A stretch of DNA of 64,000 nucleotides from a virus (IMGVR_UViG_2974597873_000001:32001-96000), one strand, 5' to 3'. Shown: positions 37,390-47,578, counted from the first letter of the stretch. Translations and numbers: made by a program. The notes: generated from the letters alone by a model not told the origin.

Positions 37390-38166
37390 CTAACTAGGGC
37401 TTGGGGTTGGACCAGGACTTGGGCTAGGTGTGGTCGTTGTTGTAGTGGTAGATGTGTCAGACGTAGCAGACCCGTAAGTCTCAGTCATCAGAATGAAGTT
37501 GACACCGATGGCGCAACGACTAGGAACCATCTGCTGACTGAAATGCGTATACGTAATAGACAAGCCACCCACATAACCGAAGTAGGACAACGAACCAGGG
37601 GAGCCGTATCCGAAGTATAGATTCATCGGATTAGCAAACATGGGACCCTGCACAATAAGGTTCTGCTCTCGTCCCCCGCGTACACCTGGTACTACCTGAG
37701 GACGGTTGATACCCGTGATGTTGTAAAACGCATTAGTATCCACTTGTACGCCGTAGGTACCCACGTCAGTTCCCTGATATTTGCTGTCCCACAATTCATA
37801 GGTACGATCGAACAGCAAGGAGAAGCTGATCGTGGTAGCCAGACCGGTCTGGTAATCCCCCGTGTCTCCCACATTTCTCTTGTCAGGCGGAAGCGTAGGG
37901 TTATTGATATCCAGCGATCTGGATTCGCTAATGGTGGACGGGTTGTACAGGAAGTTAACTTTGTACTGAACTCCGTCCATAAGGTCCTTAGCGACCATAG
38001 CGCCTCGGTAAAGTGTTGAGTCCTTAGTCCCCCCGTATCCTTGCGTAACCTGCTTGAAAGGAATGTTAAGGATACGGGGATCGAACTTAGGATTCTCAAC
38101 TGCGGTATATCCAGGCTGCCCCTTAAGTGGGGCATATTCTTGACCCGCAATTGGAATTTTTGGCAT
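37390..38166 (-). CDS. tail tube initiator / CIS tube-like protein
   Basis: F.YNP..I, F.LLFDR, F.GYV..L.ITYTHF...MVP.R. Confidence 0.7.
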   Translation of the reverse strand: MPKIPIAGQEYAPLKGQPGYTAVENPKFDPRILNIPFKQVTQGYGGTKDSTLYRGAMVAKDLMDGVQYKVNFLYNPSTISESRSLDINNPTLPPDKRNVGDTGDYQTGLATTISFSLLFDRTYELWDSKYQGTDVGTYGVQVDTNAFYNITGINRPQVVPGVRGGREQNLIVQGPMFANPMNLYFGYGSPGSLSYFGYVGGLSITYTHFSQQMVPSRCAIGVNFILMTETYGSATSDTSTTTTTTTPSPSPGPTPSPS

Positions 38167-41100
38167 TTACTTACCCCTCTGTAGTGCTTTGATTCTGTTG
38201 TCTTCCGTAATGGCGTCAACGATCATCTTACCAGTCATAAGTGCTTCCTGCTGAGTCATCATTCCCATAGGGCTGACAACAATCGCACCGGACTCGAATA
38301 CGATTCCGCCTGTTCCCGTTGTGCTTGTTCCAGTGGTAAGAGTGTTCGTGATCGCCTCTCTCACACTTTCCGCCTGACGTGCTGGAAGAATCATTTCTCC
38401 CTTGTGTACACGAGCCGTGGTGTCGTTCTCCAGGTTCCAAGCACCCTGGTCATACCAGTGAGGATTCTGGCTGTTCCAGAAGCTCCACGCCTTTTCAGGA
38501 GTCTTGTACTTGCCCGCAATGTACTTCAGACCCCAACGGATCTGAGCCTCAGGACTGTTACGCCATTCAGACGTATTGGTCTCCGCGTGCAAGTTAGACA
38601 TAGCCTGCGGAATTCCATAAGCATCTGAATTCGGATTATCGGCGTGGTGATTCCAGTTGGACTCCTTTGTCCATAGCTGGTAAAGCGCATCCCACTGATT
38701 ACCCGTCCATCCGTAAAGCTCTTGAGCCAACTTCTTACCTAGAGCAGCATTACCCGTTGGGTTAGAAGGTGCTGACCCAGCAGACGGACTACCAACCTTG
38801 TTGTCGTCAATCTTGGCGGAGCTTTTCTTCTGCGCGGACAAAGGCATACCACCCGCAGCTACACCACCACCAAGAGCACCCATGATTGCTGCAAGCTCAG
38901 AGGTTCCGCTGTACGCACCACCAGCGCCGATGTTTCCACCAACAGTGCTTGCCTGGTTATTCAAAGTCTCGGGATCTTCAGTCTTGTCATTCGACAGACT
39001 TCCCATATCTCCTACAGATCCCAGAACACGTCGAGCATTCGTAAGCTCACCATTGGTGTAAGAACGAATACGAACATTCAATCCTGTACGAGGAGCCTCA
39101 AGAAGCTTTCCACCGCCAAGAGCCACAGCAACGTGGTGGGCTGGACGTCCCCAGAATAGAAGGTCACCAGGCTGTACGTTCTCCAAAGGAACTTCCTGTC
39201 CTACGTTCTGCTGGTCCTGGCTAACACGAGGAAGCTTTACTCCTGCCTGACCGAATGCCCATTGCATAAGACCGGAACAGTCCCAACCATCGGGTCCTAC
39301 TCCACCCCATACATAAGGCTCACCAAGCTGTTCCTGTGCGAAACCAATAACCTGTGCCGCTGTTGCTCCACCACCGGAACCTGGAGCCTGACCAGGATTA
39401 CTCTTTACCTTCTTACCGCCAACAACATCAAAGTCAGCACCTCCGCCGATACCGTCAACAGAAGTACTTCTTCTGAATTCAGTTTTCTTTTCAGCAGTAG
39501 TGGTTTTATAAATGTTGTATCCGGCACCAATGACTCCTCCGACTACAGCACCAATGGCTGTACCCACACCGGGAATGATGGAACCGATACCGGCACCGAC
39601 AGCAGCTCCAGAACCTACGTCACCAAGAACGTCTACAACGGCTTGTCCTGTACTTCCCGGAGACATCTTGCTCTCGATGTAATTGCTTCCGGCGTTAACA
39701 GCCACACCACCAAGAGCACCCGCACCTACGGCACCAGCACCTCTAGCGAGCGTAGCCATTCTTCCGGCTCCGGCAGCAGCACCAGGCGCGGCACCGATGA
39801 ACCCCAAACCGCCTCCAAGGCCGCCTCCGCCTCCCATCATACGGCTAGCCATCATCATGCCACCCATGGCTCCAAAGCCTCCTGAGAAGCCACCTAGGGC
39901 TCCTGAGATAGCACTACCCCAACCAGCTCCGGTACCGATCAGCTTGTCCAGTCCGGTTTCTTTTAGGAAGGACGTAAGGGCTGCGGAGAAATCATTAACT
40001 ACATCCGTAGCATTCTCAAATGCAGGGGCAAGGCTTTCCAGAATCATTTCCTGGCGCGACAAACGAGTAGAGTTCAAATCTCTCTGACGCTCAAACATGG
40101 AAGCACCCATACCAGTGGTTCTCTTTAGAGTAGCTAGAGCCTTTTCCTTATCAGCCCCAGATCCCGTAGCTGCTGTCTGGGTAAGACGATCGAATTCCTG
40201 TGAAGAGATACCAGCATTCAATGCAGTGTTACGACCACGAATGAAGTTCTCGTATGTCTGACGGGTAGATTCACTCAGACCCATTTGGTTACTGAAGTAA
40301 CGAAGGTTTACAGCCAGAGACCCACCCTGACGAAGAGCAGCATCAAGCTCTTTCTGGCTGACCTGAGTACGGCCACGGAAGGTACGAGCCACCATGCTGG
40401 TAGCCACAGCGCTCATGGAATTCTGCTGTCCTCCGCTGAGGATAGGAGAAGCTAGACCAAGAGCGTTAGCCATCATGACGGAACGAGGAGCGTAGGTCTC
40501 CTGCGCCGCTGTCATAGCTCCTGCGAATCCCGCAGTGGGACTGGCGTAAGCAAATCCAGCAGCCTGACGAGTACCTTGTGTGAATGCGCTATTAGCACGT
40601 CCGCCGAACTGAGCATTACCAAAGGTATACATGGCAGTGAAACCACCACGTGCCGCGTCTTCAGCACCCAAGGCGATGTTGTTATTAACGAAAGTCGTAC
40701 GCATGGCTGCGTTGTTTGTGGCCTGGTAACCACCGGGACCTAGGCCACCAGCCATACCGGCGAAGTTACCGTAAAGGTCCATCTGCATATTGGTGGACAT
40801 ATTACGGTTACCGTAATTGATCATTCCACGTGCAGCGCCTGCTACAGCCATTCCGCCTAGGGCAAAGGCACCCATGGTAGGTGACACAGGAACTCCAGGG
40901 CCTCCACCATTACCACGACGTCCACCCATAGGCAATGGCGTGGAGAATCCTCCATTACCACCGTTGCCCGTACGTGTTTGAGAGCTTGTCTGGCTGAACT
41001 GCGCACCAAAAGCATTACGAATCATCCCACCCATAGTGGTGGGGAAGTTACTGTTTAGATTCCAATTGGAATTGGAAGCACGCCCAGATGTTCTATTGGA

Positions 41101-41244
41101 AGAAGTTGCCAATGACTGAAACGCTCGTGCCGCAGATGCGACAGAGCGTGCCAAGTTACTAACTTGCGTCTCCAACGAATCAACCGCTCGCTGCGCACCA
41201 TTGGTGCCCAACAAGCGGCTGCTTCCGATAATGTTCTCAGCCAC
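38167..41244 (-). CDS. tape measure protein with NlpC/P60 peptidase and lytic transglycosylase domains
   Basis: Ala/Gly-rich; PYVWGG...DCSGL...PGDL.F...HV; ESNWN..A.NP.S.AYGIPQ...QI.WG..YI..Y. Confidence 0.9.
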   Translation of the reverse strand: MAENIIGSSRLLGTNGAQRAVDSLETQVSNLARSVASAARAFQSLATSSNRTSGRASNSNWNLNSNFPTTMGGMIRNAFGAQFSQTSSQTRTGNGGNGGFSTPLPMGGRRGNGGGPGVPVSPTMGAFALGGMAVAGAARGMINYGNRNMSTNMQMDLYGNFAGMAGGLGPGGYQATNNAAMRTTFVNNNIALGAEDAARGGFTAMYTFGNAQFGGRANSAFTQGTRQAAGFAYASPTAGFAGAMTAAQETYAPRSVMMANALGLASPILSGGQQNSMSAVATSMVARTFRGRTQVSQKELDAALRQGGSLAVNLRYFSNQMGLSESTRQTYENFIRGRNTALNAGISSQEFDRLTQTAATGSGADKEKALATLKRTTGMGASMFERQRDLNSTRLSRQEMILESLAPAFENATDVVNDFSAALTSFLKETGLDKLIGTGAGWGSAISGALGGFSGGFGAMGGMMMASRMMGGGGGLGGGLGFIGAAPGAAAGAGRMATLARGAGAVGAGALGGVAVNAGSNYIESKMSPGSTGQAVVDVLGDVGSGAAVGAGIGSIIPGVGTAIGAVVGGVIGAGYNIYKTTTAEKKTEFRRSTSVDGIGGGADFDVVGGKKVKSNPGQAPGSGGGATAAQVIGFAQEQLGEPYVWGGVGPDGWDCSGLMQWAFGQAGVKLPRVSQDQQNVGQEVPLENVQPGDLLFWGRPAHHVAVALGGGKLLEAPRTGLNVRIRSYTNGELTNARRVLGSVGDMGSLSNDKTEDPETLNNQASTVGGNIGAGGAYSGTSELAAIMGALGGGVAAGGMPLSAQKKSSAKIDDNKVGSPSAGSAPSNPTGNAALGKKLAQELYGWTGNQWDALYQLWTKESNWNHHADNPNSDAYGIPQAMSNLHAETNTSEWRNSPEAQIRWGLKYIAGKYKTPEKAWSFWNSQNPHWYDQGAWNLENDTTARVHKGEMILPARQAESVREAITNTLTTGTSTTGTGGIVFESGAIVVSPMGMMTQQEALMTGKMIVDAITEDNRIKALQRGK

Positions 41245-41281
41245 TGTGTTCTCCTAGTCTAATGTCTTATTCCATTTTACA

Positions 41282-41509
41282 TCAACGGAAGGTAACACCC
41301 TGACCAATAGAGCCCACGCGGACCTGAGGGGAATTGTTTTGTCTATGTCGTCTCTGCAATTCTTGTTCAAGCTTATAGAGGTATCTGTCCAGCCAATGCT
41401 GACGCTCTCGGTAAGTCAATTTCTTGATTTCCGCTAGAGACCAACCAGGATATCCATCAACCAATTGCTCGTATTCAGAATAGAGATTCTTGTAATTAGA
41501 GTTCGCGAA
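41282..41509 (-). CDS. tail assembly chaperone C-terminal extension (probable frameshift product)
   Basis: Frame open from within the end of the upstream gene; YSEYEQL...YPGWSL.EIK.L..RER..W; no clear RBS. Confidence 0.7.
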   Translation of the reverse strand, partial: FANSNYKNLYSEYEQLVDGYPGWSLAEIKKLTYRERQHWLDRYLYKLEQELQRRHRQNNSPQVRVGSIGQGVTFR

Positions 41510-42365
41510 ACAGGATGCCCACGTTCAGTGGGACAGGAACCTCACCCTCGCACGCGTGACACGCGGCGGTTACCTGATCATAACGAGGACCAGGCTGGTT
41601 CTCATAGATGTAATCCTGAAGGGTTCTGCGATCTGCGATACCAAGACCCTTTACATCGCGCAATCCTCTGCTCGGTACGAAGGAACCATCAGCTTCCACG
41701 AATCCCAGAACACATTCTGCAAGAGTAATGCTGTTCATTTCCGGCACAGACATTTGCTTCTTGAAGATCTCGTTCTGAACTTCCCCGGTAGGGAATTGAA
41801 TTCTAGCAAAGCGTCCCTTACGAAGAGGCACGTCAAATTCACGAACAGCAGGATCGTCCAATTCCTTTACAGGAATGTTCGACAGATCCAGCTTAAGGTC
41901 ATTCGCCTCACCACAAGAAGGACAAGGAATTTCGAATACCTCGAATTCCGAACCAAAGGTGGCTCTACGAATTCCTAGAAGAAGGGCGTCCAGGTCTCCT
42001 TGAATAAGGGAGGACAGCACCTTAGGTGTGATCTTGTCTTCACCGATACGAACAACACCAGAAGCCAATAGGGTGTTAACAAACTTGGCCGGGTTTCCAT
42101 TAGCACGAGACTTGGCCAAAGCCTCTTCATGCTCACCTGTCAGCTCTTGTACCTCTGCCTCGCGGACGACCCCGCCCGGAGTCACCAGTCCAGCGGGAAG
42201 CTGAACAAAGGTGTCCGGGACGGGGCCGATCTCAGGAGCAGGAGCAAGAGAGCTGAGAACCTTTTGTGTGATGTCGTTAAGGGCCTGCGGATTATCAATC
42301 GCGCTGGATACCTTTCCGCCGTCATCGTCAAAAGTCATTGTGTACTGTGGTAGTTCTACGTCCAC
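41496..42365 (-). CDS. tail/baseplate assembly chaperone (T4 gp26-like)
   Basis: ELTG..EE, GD...LLL.IR..TFG, CPSC, CHAC; between tube and tape measure. Confidence 0.8.
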   Translation of the reverse strand: MDVELPQYTMTFDDDGGKVSSAIDNPQALNDITQKVLSSLAPAPEIGPVPDTFVQLPAGLVTPGGVVREAEVQELTGEHEEALAKSRANGNPAKFVNTLLASGVVRIGEDKITPKVLSSLIQGDLDALLLGIRRATFGSEFEVFEIPCPSCGEANDLKLDLSNIPVKELDDPAVREFDVPLRKGRFARIQFPTGEVQNEIFKKQMSVPEMNSITLAECVLGFVEADGSFVPSRGLRDVKGLGIADRRTLQDYIYENQPGPRYDQVTAACHACEGEVPVPLNVGILFREL

Positions 42366-42413
42366 GATTAATTCTCCAGATCATTGCCGCTGATATGTAT
42401 TGCCAGTATACCC

Positions 42414-42989
42414 TTAGAAGGACACTCCACTCATTCCGATTGTCGGAGCGAGCTTGTAATCGAATCCCTCGTGGGCAAGGGTGACCTGCTGCATAAGAAC
42501 CGCGTTGGCCCCAGCGTCCAGGTCAGAGAATGCAATGGCTGTTGGCCATGCGTTGTACACGCGATAGATAGCCTTTACAGGCACACGTGAACTTGTCACA
42601 GGGTGATCCAACACCATGATGTCAACCGTTGCGCGGAAGTCCTTACCAGGAGTACCTGAACCCGTTCCCTGCATAACAGTGAAGAGTTGCTTCATCCACT
42701 GCCACAAAGGACCCTTACCCACAGCAACACCCTGAGATAGGGTGATAGGGGAAAAATCGGACTGTCCGGGCATCTTCTGCGTAGTGGTATTCATGCCACC
42801 CTCACGATAAGGAATAACCTCAGTCGTGATATTCAATCCGGAAACAGTCATGAATCCCAGAGTTGCGAACCCCGAAAGGTTCGGGTGCATGATGTTGACA
42901 TTGAATTTGAAATTACGTAGAGGGTCCGTAGCCAAGTGCGCAATAGACGGAGTTGCTGTTGCGATTGGCGCTGCGTTAGTTGTAGCCAT
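42414..42989 (-). CDS. tail tube protein (T4 gp19-like)
   Basis: DP.RNFKF.V, GF..VSGL...EV..YREGG, PG....ITL..G, NAWP. Confidence 0.92.
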   Translation of the reverse strand: MATTNAAPIATATPSIAHLATDPLRNFKFNVNIMHPNLSGFATLGFMTVSGLNITTEVIPYREGGMNTTTQKMPGQSDFSPITLSQGVAVGKGPLWQWMKQLFTVMQGTGSGTPGKDFRATVDIMVLDHPVTSSRVPVKAIYRVYNAWPTAIAFSDLDAGANAVLMQQVTLAHEGFDYKLAPTIGMSGVSF

Positions 42990-43001
42990 ATCTTATCTTC
43001 C

Positions 43002-44945
43002 TTATACCGTAGTTGTTGCGCTGGAGCTAGACATCTGGTTAATGTCGATAACAACAAACTCAGCAGGGCTGTTAAGAGCTAGGCCGACCTTTACGTGAAC
43101 CTCACCAGCCGCAATAGTTGTCGGCGTGTTGTTGGTCTCGTCACACTGCACGAAGAAAGCTTCCTCAGCAGTGGTACCGGACAGCATTCCATCCTGCCAA
43201 ATACCCTGTAGGTACTGGCTGACAACCGCACTTAGGCGAGACCATAGTGTTGGGTTGTTGTCCTCGAACACTGCGAAGATGGTGTTCTCCTTTAGTGCCT
43301 GACGAATGTTCATGAGCGTACGCTGAATAGGAACGTAGCGATTAGGCATGTTCTGTAGCAGAGTACGAGATCCCATGATGCAAATTCCGTAACCAGGAAC
43401 GTTACGAATAACGTTGATCTGGTTGGTGTTCAACTGATCCAGGTTGGTGTTCTGGAACTGAAGCTCAGCCCCGACAACTCTCTGAAGAGGAATGTCCACA
43501 CCAGCCGGAGCCTTCTGTACTCCAGAGTTGGCGTCAGTCTGGCTCATACGTCCGAGAATAGCGCCACCAGGCGGAAGCAAACGCGTCGCACCCTGAATAG
43601 AAGACAGAGGATCTGTGACTTGAAGCCACGGTGCGTAGATAGCTGCGGTAGCAGTTGCCTCTACGCGGTCGTTACCCACAACCATTGCAAGGTACTGAGA
43701 TACCGTTGCAGGCTCAGAAGGAGTAGAACCGTCAGCACCGATAACCGCTGGGGGAGTATCGATAACCACGAACACGTTGTCACGGGTGTTAACCCAGGAC
43801 AGAACGTTGTTAAGAACATCCGTGTCGTAAACGCCTGGAAGGTTCATGTCCAAGTTGGACTCGATGGTGTTTGTACGCTGCGCCGCCACAACAAGATCCG
43901 GCGTAGCCAGACCATCAGTTCCACCGGTTAGCGCGGTTGGGTCCTGAGTCTGAGGAGTCTTGTTAATTGTCCACGTGGTGTAAACACCAAGGTTCTGGAC
44001 CTTGATGAACTTAGACCCGAGCTGTGAAGAGTTAATCATGGAGATCGCATAGCGGTTATCCAATTGATCCATGGACATGTCCACGAAGCGCTCTACGATA
44101 TTCGCGTCAGCAGTTCCGTCCTTGCGAACAGTCAAATTGAATCGACCTTCACCGGTTACGGAATCCGTGATGTCAACGTAAAGGTTGTTACCCCACACAC
44201 CTACAGAGTTAGCGGTGATCTTCAGAATAGGGTTTGGAGTACCCGTGGTGTTGAATTCTGGAAGGTCACCAAGAGGGGTGTAGCTACCGTCATCGGTAAA
44301 GGTGGCTGTAGCCTGTCCTGCTACCTCGGTAAGCATTAGGGAATCCTCAAGAATTCCACCGTAGGTTCCGCCACCGTAAGTACCCTCACCGTATCCGTCA
44401 GGAAGGTGACGACGGTAAATACGGTAACCCGTGGCACCTACAACAGGAGTCCATGTAAGAACGATAGCGTCAGTAGGAGTCAGAGTTGCCTCAGCTACTA
44501 CGACGATCTCAGGGCTTCCCGTGGTCTCACCAAGTGCATTGACAGCAGTGATGATGTAACCGTACTCAGAGGTTGCCCCCGTCACGGGCCCTGAAGGGGC
44601 TCCTGCGAAGTTGGTAGGAGGCAGGATAGCTCCTGACCCAAGGTCACGGTCATTGAGCGTGTCAGTGGCAGCTACGGCGTCTGAGGCAGTCGCACGAACT
44701 ACGTAACACTGGTTTCCACGGTTGGCGAAATACTGCCATACCGCGAAAGGAAGATAGTTACGGCTATTACCGAAACCACCATATAGCTTTGTGAATTCTG
44801 TCCAACTTGTTACTAGAGTTGGATCAGTTGGTCCCTCAGTGTGCACACCAACAAACGCCGCTGTAGATTGACCAGGAGACGCAGCTCCAGGGGTCAACGG
44901 TGTTAGAGACGTATTGATGTAAACACCCGGTCTCTGATAGGTCAT
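43002..44945 (-). CDS. tail sheath protein
   Basis: RPGVYI, AAFVG...GP, YF.N.G, V.KAPAG, IN.IR..PG.G...G.RT, FE.N...LW, PAEFV. Confidence 0.95.
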   Translation of the reverse strand: MTYQRPGVYINTSLTPLTPGAASPGQSTAAFVGVHTEGPTDPTLVTSWTEFTKLYGGFGNSRNYLPFAVWQYFANRGNQCYVVRATASDAVAATDTLNDRDLGSGAILPPTNFAGAPSGPVTGATSEYGYIITAVNALGETTGSPEIVVVAEATLTPTDAIVLTWTPVVGATGYRIYRRHLPDGYGEGTYGGGTYGGILEDSLMLTEVAGQATATFTDDGSYTPLGDLPEFNTTGTPNPILKITANSVGVWGNNLYVDITDSVTGEGRFNLTVRKDGTADANIVERFVDMSMDQLDNRYAISMINSSQLGSKFIKVQNLGVYTTWTINKTPQTQDPTALTGGTDGLATPDLVVAAQRTNTIESNLDMNLPGVYDTDVLNNVLSWVNTRDNVFVVIDTPPAVIGADGSTPSEPATVSQYLAMVVGNDRVEATATAAIYAPWLQVTDPLSSIQGATRLLPPGGAILGRMSQTDANSGVQKAPAGVDIPLQRVVGAELQFQNTNLDQLNTNQINVIRNVPGYGICIMGSRTLLQNMPNRYVPIQRTLMNIRQALKENTIFAVFEDNNPTLWSRLSAVVSQYLQGIWQDGMLSGTTAEEAFFVQCDETNNTPTTIAAGEVHVKVGLALNSPAEFVVIDINQMSSSSATTTV

Positions 44946-44988
44946 TGATTATCTCCTAGCTGAATTTTATGTCGTGAGCTGCCTTGGG

Positions 44989-45627
44989 CTAATCGAATTC
45001 ATAACCCGGATCAGGAATCTGGTCAACATCATAGAAGATGTCGTTGACTACAGTCTCCACCTTGTTGTAAGCCTCGATCTGCTGTGGCAGTAGCTCTGTG
45101 GATACTCGTACGGCGTAAGCCGCATGGAACAGACGCTTACCGTCACCATCACGAGTATCCAGTTCCGTTGGACCAGCTTCAAGGTCAAGACGTCTAACTG
45201 TTCCGTCCTCAGGAATTTCCAGATATCCAAAGCGGGCAGGAAGATAATCCGGTCCTGCCAGGATTGCACGTAGGTACGTAGCGTGTCTATTTGTGCGTGC
45301 CAAGACTTCGATCTGATAATCAATATTATACGGGATTGGAGTCTGAGACCAGTAAGGGGATTCCGTTACGTCGGTGTAATTGTCCCAACGCTTAAAGCCT
45401 TCTGGCGCATAAGGCAATTGAACCCATCCACGCGATTCTCTTTCCTCTGCTTTGTTAATGCCTTTACTAGTAATGACAATAGCAGGGAATGTCAAATCAT
45501 TGAGTTCAATATCGTTGTTGAGCCACAACACAGATACAGGTCTACCCGTGTCCGGCGCATTCATGTCGTCCACCACCAAGTCCTGGAGCTTCTTCTCCAT
45601 CGCCTGATCTTCATTGAATAGAAACAT
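44989..45627 (-). CDS. tail terminator / neck protein
   Basis: FP.I.I, P.P..IDYQI; directly upstream of sheath. Confidence 0.65.
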   Translation of the reverse strand: MFLFNEDQAMEKKLQDLVVDDMNAPDTGRPVSVLWLNNDIELNDLTFPAIVITSKGINKAEERESRGWVQLPYAPEGFKRWDNYTDVTESPYWSQTPIPYNIDYQIEVLARTNRHATYLRAILAGPDYLPARFGYLEIPEDGTVRRLDLEAGPTELDTRDGDGKRLFHAAYAVRVSTELLPQQIEAYNKVETVVNDIFYDVDQIPDPGYEFD

Positions 45628-45635
45628 CAGACTCC

Positions 45636-46370
45636 TTACAGTGGGATAGGTTCGACAATTAGTTGACCTAGTGTGACACCAGTAGTGCCATCAGTAGCAC
45701 CCAATACAGAGAAGTAGTACTGAGGAGTAATGGTAACGACTGTGTTTGGTGTCATTCCGGAAAGAACGTAAACACGAGATCCGTACAAACGGTTATTGAT
45801 AATGCTAATACCGTTAGGATCTCCACCAGCAAAAGTAATTCCACCGGATGCTCTCCACTGCACCCATCCTGTAGCGCCTGCTCCTTGGGTGTTGCGCATA
45901 GCAGCACCAATGGAAATTTTGGCTCTACCTGACGGAGGAACAGTGAAAGTAATAGGCGCCCACATTCCCGAAGGGAAATCCGTAACGACTCCTGCCACGA
46001 GACTTCCAATGGATGTGGAAGAGGTCTGAGTGGTGACCTGCGGCGTCAAGTAGTTAGGAGGCTGCCAGGACGTGCCGTTGTAACGGAACAGATTAGAACC
46101 GTTATCCCAATACTGACCCGGAGTAGGATCGGTAGGAGGAGAACCACTTACCGTAATAACTCCCGGTACGTTAGAAGCGGCGGACAAAGCACTGTTCGCT
46201 GTGCTCTGCGCGTTCGACGCTTGTACCTGTACGGCATTTACTTGGGCCTGTAGCGCGACAAAATCAGTCGTGTTGGCCTTTCCTTGGATAGCAGAGTCCA
46301 AGCCCAGGAGAGCGTTATTCAGAGGCTCGCCCCATAGGAGCTGACCAATTGCAGGAACAATAACAGCCAT
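45636..46370 (-). CDS. fibre/whisker protein
   Basis: Shared N-terminus with next gene, coiled coil, G.YW.N...YNGTSW. Confidence 0.65.
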   Translation of the reverse strand: MAVIVPAIGQLLWGEPLNNALLGLDSAIQGKANTTDFVALQAQVNAVQVQASNAQSTANSALSAASNVPGVITVSGSPPTDPTPGQYWDNGSNLFRYNGTSWQPPNYLTPQVTTQTSSTSIGSLVAGVVTDFPSGMWAPITFTVPPSGRAKISIGAAMRNTQGAGATGWVQWRASGGITFAGGDPNGISIINNRLYGSRVYVLSGMTPNTVVTITPQYYFSVLGATDGTTGVTLGQLIVEPIPL

Positions 46371-46380
46371 GCTCTTCTCC

Positions 46381-47535
46381 TTACGCTGGCTCTACGATCA
46401 TCCACGCAACGGTGGATGTATCAGTACCGGATGATGATGTGATAGCGAATGATGTACCCGCTGTGCGAGCACTGACTCTCAAGAACCCTGCGGTTCCTCC
46501 AAGAGTCTGGTTGGTCAGGAAGATACGGCTATTCGCAGTAACCGCTGTAGTGCTTACCGTAACAGTTCCCGCCACAAGAACAGCGGTACCCATCTTGGCA
46601 TTGGAACCTTCCTTTACACGAAGACCCTTACCCGCCACGTTGATGAGAAGATCATCGTCAGTAGCTAGCTGATCAGCAGCCGCACGGTAAAGGTTGGTGT
46701 CGGTAGCTCCTGTACCGGAACCCCATTCAGTCTTTCCGTCACCTTGTACGCGCTTACGGTCAAAGGTGTCACCACCTACGCGAGAAGCGAAAGTAGTAGA
46801 AGCGGCTCCCACTCCGTTAGCAGTAATGGAACCATTCTGTACAGTGTTACCAGTACGGGAAACATTTCCAGTCTGTGTAAGGTTTCCTGCACTGATGATC
46901 AGACCGCCATTTGTTACGGTCAGATCTCCTGTGGAAATTGTCAAAGCTCCTGACAGAATTCCACCAATAAGGGCCAGGAAGGTGACGTCTGCGTAAGCTC
47001 TGTCTCCGTGAGGATCAGTAGCAGCTACGTGAGTAGGCACAGCGTCTCCAGCGGCCACTTGCGCATTGGATGTACCAACATCACGAGTAGCAGAATTCCC
47101 CAGCCCAAGATTTACTCGGGACGTTGTAGCGTTTGCCAGATCAGAAAGGTTGGCAGATTTTTGAGCCGCGCCAACAATTCTAGAATCATTACCCGCTGCC
47201 ACAGTCCCACCAGTCGTCCCGACGTTGAGAACTGCTGCGCCACCCAGACCCAAGTTCGTTCTAGCTGTAGTGGTGTTAGCCAAATCAGACAAGTTAGAAG
47301 CGATCTTCAAGTACAGGGTGGCAGCATTCGCGCGATCCCCGTGAGGATCAACGGCTACTGTGTGAGCAGCTACAGCAGAACTAGCGGCATTGATTACGTC
47401 GTAGTAAGTATCCGCTTGTGGTTTGGTGAGTGCAATGGCAGATACGGCATTGATCATGCTCTCCAATTCGAGCAAGGCTGTGTTCAGTGGCCCGTCCCAA
47501 TTCACGGCACCGGTCACTGGTAGCACAATGGCCAT
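46381..47535 (-). CDS. fibre/whisker protein
   Basis: DPHGDRA x2, NLSDL...AR/SR.NLGLG x2, DTNLYR, C-terminal beta domain. Confidence 0.7.
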   Translation of the reverse strand: MAIVLPVTGAVNWDGPLNTALLELESMINAVSAIALTKPQADTYYDVINAASSAVAAHTVAVDPHGDRANAATLYLKIASNLSDLANTTTARTNLGLGGAAVLNVGTTGGTVAAGNDSRIVGAAQKSANLSDLANATTSRVNLGLGNSATRDVGTSNAQVAAGDAVPTHVAATDPHGDRAYADVTFLALIGGILSGALTISTGDLTVTNGGLIISAGNLTQTGNVSRTGNTVQNGSITANGVGAASTTFASRVGGDTFDRKRVQGDGKTEWGSGTGATDTNLYRAAADQLATDDDLLINVAGKGLRVKEGSNAKMGTAVLVAGTVTVSTTAVTANSRIFLTNQTLGGTAGFLRVSARTAGTSFAITSSSGTDTSTVAWMIVEPA

Positions 47536-47578
47536 GTCTTACCTCATTCCTTAAAGGGTTGTCACTCCCAGTATATCT

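Noticed and set aside
32604-38219. Alternative-frame ORFs 32604..32897 and 37692..38219
   Set aside because: Nested in recognisable structural genes with no independent signals
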